Below, piece after piece: positions 60,111 to 64,000 of a stretch of 64,000 nucleotides of DNA. Every line of letters begins with the position of its first letter. The first letter of the stretch is position 1. Source of the DNA: an uncultured Acidobacteriota bacterium (lineage in GTDB: Bacteria > Acidobacteriota > Thermoanaerobaculia > Multivoradales > UBA5704). A model generated the notes under the pieces. That model worked only from the letters and a program-made list of their open reading frames with translations. It had not been told where the DNA came from and searched no databases. The translations under genes were made by a program, and so were the position numbers. The stretch lies in assembly GCA_963770895.1 (NCBI GenBank), contig CAVYRF010000002.1, positions 1,280,001 to 1,344,000 of the forward strand, read 5' to 3'.

Positions 60111-60149
60111 TGGCTATTGGCAGATCACCACGGCTAACGACGAGCGTTG

Positions 60150-60434
60150 CTAAGAGCAGGTGAGTTGATTGAGCAGGTTGTCGGTCGGCGTATCGTCGGC
60201 GTATGTGCGCAGATACTTCCCATGAATCCCATTCACCACTCGGATGTACTGCCGGCCGTTCCCGTGCCTAGTGTAGTAGTGCTGTCCATGCTGTTCGATC
60301 GAGGCGATGACCTTCTCGCGAGTGTCTTTCCAGCGCATGCCTTGCCCATTGTCGGGGCCACCGAGATACTCGATACCATAGTGCGGGTCATGGTGATGCG
60401 GACGTTTGATGATGCAGTCTACAAGATAGTCCAT
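60150..60434 (-). CDS. DUF3892 family protein
   Basis: IEYLGG...WK.TREKVIASIE...GKYLRTYADDTPTDNLLNQ..C. Confidence 0.75.
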   Translation of the reverse strand: MDYLVDCIIKRPHHHDPHYGIEYLGGPDNGQGMRWKDTREKVIASIEQHGQHYYTRHGNGRQYIRVVNGIHGKYLRTYADDTPTDNLLNQLTCS

Positions 60435-60599
60435 AATTTCTCCGTAACAATTTAGAAAGTGTAAGTTGTTGGTGATCCATAGCCATGGCGGGTAATTTTA
60501 CCACGAGGGTATGAAGAGCTAGGCCGGAGAACGTATCCGGCCTCCCCGGCAGGAAAGAGCCTCTCACCGGAGCGCCCGCTCCAGCCCATCATGGCCGGC

Positions 60600-61802
60600 A
60601 TGCAGGATGTCGCAATCTTTGCTCGAACCACCTGGAGGGGACAGGGGCGCCCATTCGGCATCCGCCGCGCCGACCGCTTGTCGCACCTCTACATGATCGG
60701 CATGACCGGTGTCGGCAAATCGACCCTCTTCGAGACTCTGGTCGGCGAAGACCTGCGGCATGGGGAAGGCTTCGCCCTCCTTGATCCGCACGGCGACCTC
60801 TACGAGTTGATCAAGCACTCGATTCCCCAGGAACGCCAGAGCTCGACCGTCCTCTTCGACGTGCCGAGCCCCTCGCAGCCGATCCGCTTCAATCCTCTAT
60901 CGGGCGTCTCCGCCGCCAAGCGCTCCCTTGCCGTCGCGGGACTTCTCTCGGCCTTCGAGCGCCAGTGGGCCGACTCCTGGGGGGTGCGGATGGAGCATGT
61001 CCTCCGCCATACGCTCTTCGCCCTTCTTGAAGCGGGAGGCATGAGCTTCGCGGACATACCGCGCCTTCTCGAAGATGGCGGCTTCAGGCAGGCTGTCGTC
61101 TCCCGCCTCTCGAACAAGCAGGTCAAGGGCTTCTTCCAAGGGGAGTATGCGAGCTACTCACCTTCGGCACGCGCTCAGGTCATCGGGCCAATCCTCAACA
61201 AGGTGGGGGCCTTCCTGGCCGACCCCACCCTCTACCGCATCTTCTCGTCACCCGAGAGCTCGTTCGACCCGCGACGCTTGATGGACGAAGGCGGCATCCT
61301 CCTGGTCAACCTCTCCAAGGGGCAAATCGGCGAGGGAGTAGCCAACCTTCTTGGCTCACTCCTCGTCGCATCTCTCGGTCTTGCCGGCCTCTCCCGCGCC
61401 GAGCTGCCGGCAGAGAAGCGTCGGCCGTTCTTCGTCTACCTGGATGAGTTCCAGACTTTCGCCTCGCTCTCCCTGGCCGGCATGCTATCGGAGTTGCGCA
61501 AGTACGGCGTCGGCCTGGTGCTCGCCAACCAATATTTGGGCCAGCTTCCGCCGGAGATTCGCGAGGCTGTCCTCGGGAACGTCGGCAGCCTGATTGCCTT
61601 CCGCGTCGGGGCGGCCGATGCGCCTCTCTTGGCTCGGGAGTTCTCGCCGGTCTTCGGCGTGGAGGATTTGCTTCGCCTGCCCAATCACTCTATCTACGTG
61701 AAGCTCATGGTGGACGGAGCGCTGTCGCGGCCCTTCTCGGCGGAGACCCTCGCGCCGGCTACTCGCCGATCTCAAGGTACTGGCGCAAGGCCCGGCGGAT
61801 GA
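60600..61802 (+). CDS. VirD4/TraD/HerA-like (DUF87) ATPase without TM anchor
   Basis: HLYMIGMTGVGKS, LLDPHGDL, YLDEFQ, ELRKY and LANQYLGQL motifs. Confidence 0.85.
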   Translation: MQDVAIFARTTWRGQGRPFGIRRADRLSHLYMIGMTGVGKSTLFETLVGEDLRHGEGFALLDPHGDLYELIKHSIPQERQSSTVLFDVPSPSQPIRFNPLSGVSAAKRSLAVAGLLSAFERQWADSWGVRMEHVLRHTLFALLEAGGMSFADIPRLLEDGGFRQAVVSRLSNKQVKGFFQGEYASYSPSARAQVIGPILNKVGAFLADPTLYRIFSSPESSFDPRRLMDEGGILLVNLSKGQIGEGVANLLGSLLVASLGLAGLSRAELPAEKRRPFFVYLDEFQTFASLSLAGMLSELRKYGVGLVLANQYLGQLPPEIREAVLGNVGSLIAFRVGAADAPLLAREFSPVFGVEDLLRLPNHSIYVKLMVDGALSRPFSAETLAPATRRSQGTGARPGG

Positions 61803-61947
61803 CCTCGGCCTTGGAGCAGCGGTCGCGCGCGGCCCGCTTGGCAAGGGCCGCTTCTTCGTCCTCGTAGAGGTACGCCTGTTCCCGAAACATGCTGCCGGGC
61901 TTGCGCCGCCGGTCGGATGGCATGCCTTCCTGTCTCGCCGCCGCCAT
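61759..61947 (-). CDS. CopG/RHH DNA-binding protein
   Basis: AYLYEDEEAALAKRA...SKAEVIRRALRQY. Paralog of 59045-59236. Confidence 0.75.
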   Translation of the reverse strand: MAAARQEGMPSDRRRKPGSMFREQAYLYEDEEAALAKRAARDRCSKAEVIRRALRQYLEIGE

Positions 61948-61995
61948 GGTCGAAGCGTAGACGAGGGCAGTACCGGTGTGATACAGGTACTATAC

Positions 61996-62322
61996 ATGTA
62001 CTCTACCGGTAATGGCGAACAGAGCGCCTGGCCGATCGACCGGGTGCAGGCCGCCCTTGGAGAAGTGGCCTGGCTCCTTCGGACGATTCAGGACGTACTC
62101 TCCGCGGTCTACCGCAACATGCCGCGTCCCGCCGACCTCGCGGACCGCGAAGAGCACCGGTTGCCGTACGACATTGCAACCGACATCCTCGGAACCCTGG
62201 AGGGCACGCTCGACGAAGACCTGCCGGCACTGATCCGCCGGCTGGAGCGATCGGCCCAGATCACGAACGAAGAATTGGCGGAAGAGTTCCGCAAATGGAA
62301 GGAGCACAATCATGGTTTCTAA
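61996..62322 (+). CDS. Hypothetical helical protein
   Basis: ORF overlapping radC. Start uncertain. Confidence 0.5.
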   Translation: MYSTGNGEQSAWPIDRVQAALGEVAWLLRTIQDVLSAVYRNMPRPADLADREEHRLPYDIATDILGTLEGTLDEDLPALIRRLERSAQITNEELAEEFRKWKEHNHGF

Positions 62323-62974
62323 AGACAACGGAATCGCCTCTCGGCTCTATCGCGCGGGGGCCGTGGCCCTCTCCGATTCCGAACTCCTCTCGGTACTTCT
62401 TTCGGCAGGCAAACCGGACGAGGCCACGCTTCGCCGCTCAAAGGAGTGCCTCTCCAACCTCGGGGGCATCGGCATCGTGCCGGCCGCTTCCCGCGGCATG
62501 CTGCGAGCGGCCGGACTCGGAGAGCCGGAGTCATCGGTTGCCCTCTGCCTCTCGGAGGTTGCCTGCCGCATGGCAAAGGCCAAGCTTGCCAAGTACGTCC
62601 GCTTCAAAGAGCCGATCGATGTCGTCCACTATCTGAAGCTCCGCTACGGGCAGATCGGCCAGGAAGTGTTGGGCGGTCTCTTTCTCACCAGCCGCAATCG
62701 CCTCATCGCCGATCGGGAGCTCTACCGCGGCACCCTCTCGCGCATTGACGCCGAGCCGCGGGAGGTGCTTCGGCAGAGTCTCATCCTTGGCGCGGCGCGG
62801 GTCGTCCTTTTCCATAACCATCCATCGGGCGACCCCACCCCGAGCCCTGGCGACAGAGCCTTTACGGTGCGCCTGCGCAGGGCGGCAGAGATGATGGGCG
62901 TTGATCTCTTCGACCATTTCATCCTGGGTGCGGGCGGGCGATGGACGTCGCTTCGCCTCATTATGAAGTGGTGA
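62312..62974 (+). CDS. radC: RadC/JAB-domain protein
   Basis: ALSDSELLSVLL, QEV, HNHPSGDPTPS..D and DHFI motifs. Confidence 0.9.
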   Translation: MVSKDNGIASRLYRAGAVALSDSELLSVLLSAGKPDEATLRRSKECLSNLGGIGIVPAASRGMLRAAGLGEPESSVALCLSEVACRMAKAKLAKYVRFKEPIDVVHYLKLRYGQIGQEVLGGLFLTSRNRLIADRELYRGTLSRIDAEPREVLRQSLILGAARVVLFHNHPSGDPTPSPGDRAFTVRLRRAAEMMGVDLFDHFILGAGGRWTSLRLIMKW

Positions 62975-62977
62975 GCC

Positions 62978-63277
62978 ATGCCGCAATTCGATGACGATAC
63001 GGCGGAAGCGCGAAGCCTCCTCGAAACGCTTATCTCCCTTTCCGGATTGACCAAGGTTGAAATCCAGCGGCGCATCTCGGAAGGAGAGCGGCATTTCGAC
63101 TTGTCGAACGTCCTCAGGGGACGGCAGGATCTGAAGGTGATGCACATCGCGGCCATCTGCGGGGCCTTGGGCATCTACGTAGCGGAATTCCTGCGCATGG
63201 CATATCCCGACCCGACGGAGCCGAGCCGATTCCAAACGCGCATTGAGACACTGCTTGGCAGGGGGGCGAGGGGGTAG
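62978..63277 (+). CDS. HTH (XRE-like) protein
   Basis: SGLTKVEIQRR...LSNVLRGRQDLKVMHIAAI...EF. Paralog of 21393-21710. Confidence 0.65.
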   Translation: MPQFDDDTAEARSLLETLISLSGLTKVEIQRRISEGERHFDLSNVLRGRQDLKVMHIAAICGALGIYVAEFLRMAYPDPTEPSRFQTRIETLLGRGARG

Positions 63278-63407
63278 CGCCGATCCTGCCACTCCGGCAC
63301 TTTTGCCATCCTTTTTCTCTCTTCTCCTCGGGCGCATTGTGGGACGCAGAGAAGTTCTTCTGCAACAACTCACAACCGCCGGCCACGCCGGCAAAGGAGA
63401 AGAGACC

Positions 63408-64000
63408 ATGACCGCATCGACCATCACCCGCGCATCCAAAGAGTGGTTCCGCCGTCCGGCAGATGAGCGCTACCTGTCCCTCGCCGATTTGCGGAAGGCC
63501 ACCCACGAGCGCGCAAGGATCTCCCGAAGCAAGGTCATCATGAGTACGAGCCTCTACGCCGAGGGGGAGAGCGCGGCCGAAGGCTCCCTGTGGCTCCATC
63601 ATCGGGACATTGGCACTCTCTCCCTTACGGACTGGTCTCTCGGCCAGCTCGCCACCATTTCCCGCACACCAGCCCGCTGGCTTCGGGATGTCGCCCAGGT
63701 TCCGGCCGGCCCGATCCTCGCGGCCAATGCTCTGAACCTCGGACTCCGCTACCTCGCGGGGTGCGGTGAGAATCAGATGCTCACTCTTGACCACGGCGAG
63801 GAAGCGCCCAAGGAGCTTCGCGCCCTGGTCGGGAGAGACTACGGCCGCATCTACGACCATGAGGTTGTCGCCCTGGTCGAGGAAGTGGCCGCCGACCGCT
63901 GGCACATTCCGGCGGCAAGCTACCAGGCCCGCGATCCGCTCCGTGCGACAACCCTCTACGCCTCCGACCGCGATGTCTTCATCTTCCTGGTGGACGAGAA
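63408..64000 (+). CDS. DUF932-like protein, truncated by the window end
   Basis: My translation from ATG at 63408 (AAGGAG RBS): ASKEWFRRPADERYLSL...TDWSLGQL...YGRIYDHEVV...TTLYASDRDVFIFLVD. Confidence 0.75.
   Translation, partial: MTASTITRASKEWFRRPADERYLSLADLRKATHERARISRSKVIMSTSLYAEGESAAEGSLWLHHRDIGTLSLTDWSLGQLATISRTPARWLRDVAQVPAGPILAANALNLGLRYLAGCGENQMLTLDHGEEAPKELRALVGRDYGRIYDHEVVALVEEVAADRWHIPAASYQARDPLRATTLYASDRDVFIFLVDE

Larger units (their letters stand above)
58802..64000. mobile_element. Left part of a tRNA-integrated (ICE/IME-like) element
   Basis: att fragment, drop in GC, coupling-type ATPase, RadC, DUF932, RHH/HTH genes. Integrase not in the window. Confidence 0.7.

Overview
GC-rich bacterial chromosome window. 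The gene content (an Acidobacterial duplicated orphan ABC permease, repeated secreted-protein C-terminal domains) suggests Acidobacteriota, probably Thermoanaerobaculia; this is inference. Housekeeping genes are eno, ftsB, sucA, purE/purK, gltX, tRNA-fMet, tRNA-Gln and several transporters. Accessory content: (i) an orphan single-module type I PKS followed by a DUF4062/TIR-like gene; (ii) two dispersed, enzyme-less RiPP-like precursor peptides sharing an LxLxxETL leader, a C-terminal CC and upstream DNA motifs; (iii) a PAS kinase and NtrC activator upstream of a sigma54 promoter, followed by a REC-DUF4388 protein and three Roadblock/MglB-like proteins with no GTPase; (iv) four toxin-antitoxin modules, two trailed by decayed second copies; (v) two near-identical inverted ISAzo13 copies; (vi) the left end of a tRNA-Ser-integrated element (coupling ATPase, RadC, DUF932, RHH/HTH genes). 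A Cys-Pro-terminated domain occurs three times, and several conserved non-coding motifs recur. No CRISPR array or rRNA was seen. Family assignments come from motif recognition by eye, not database searches.
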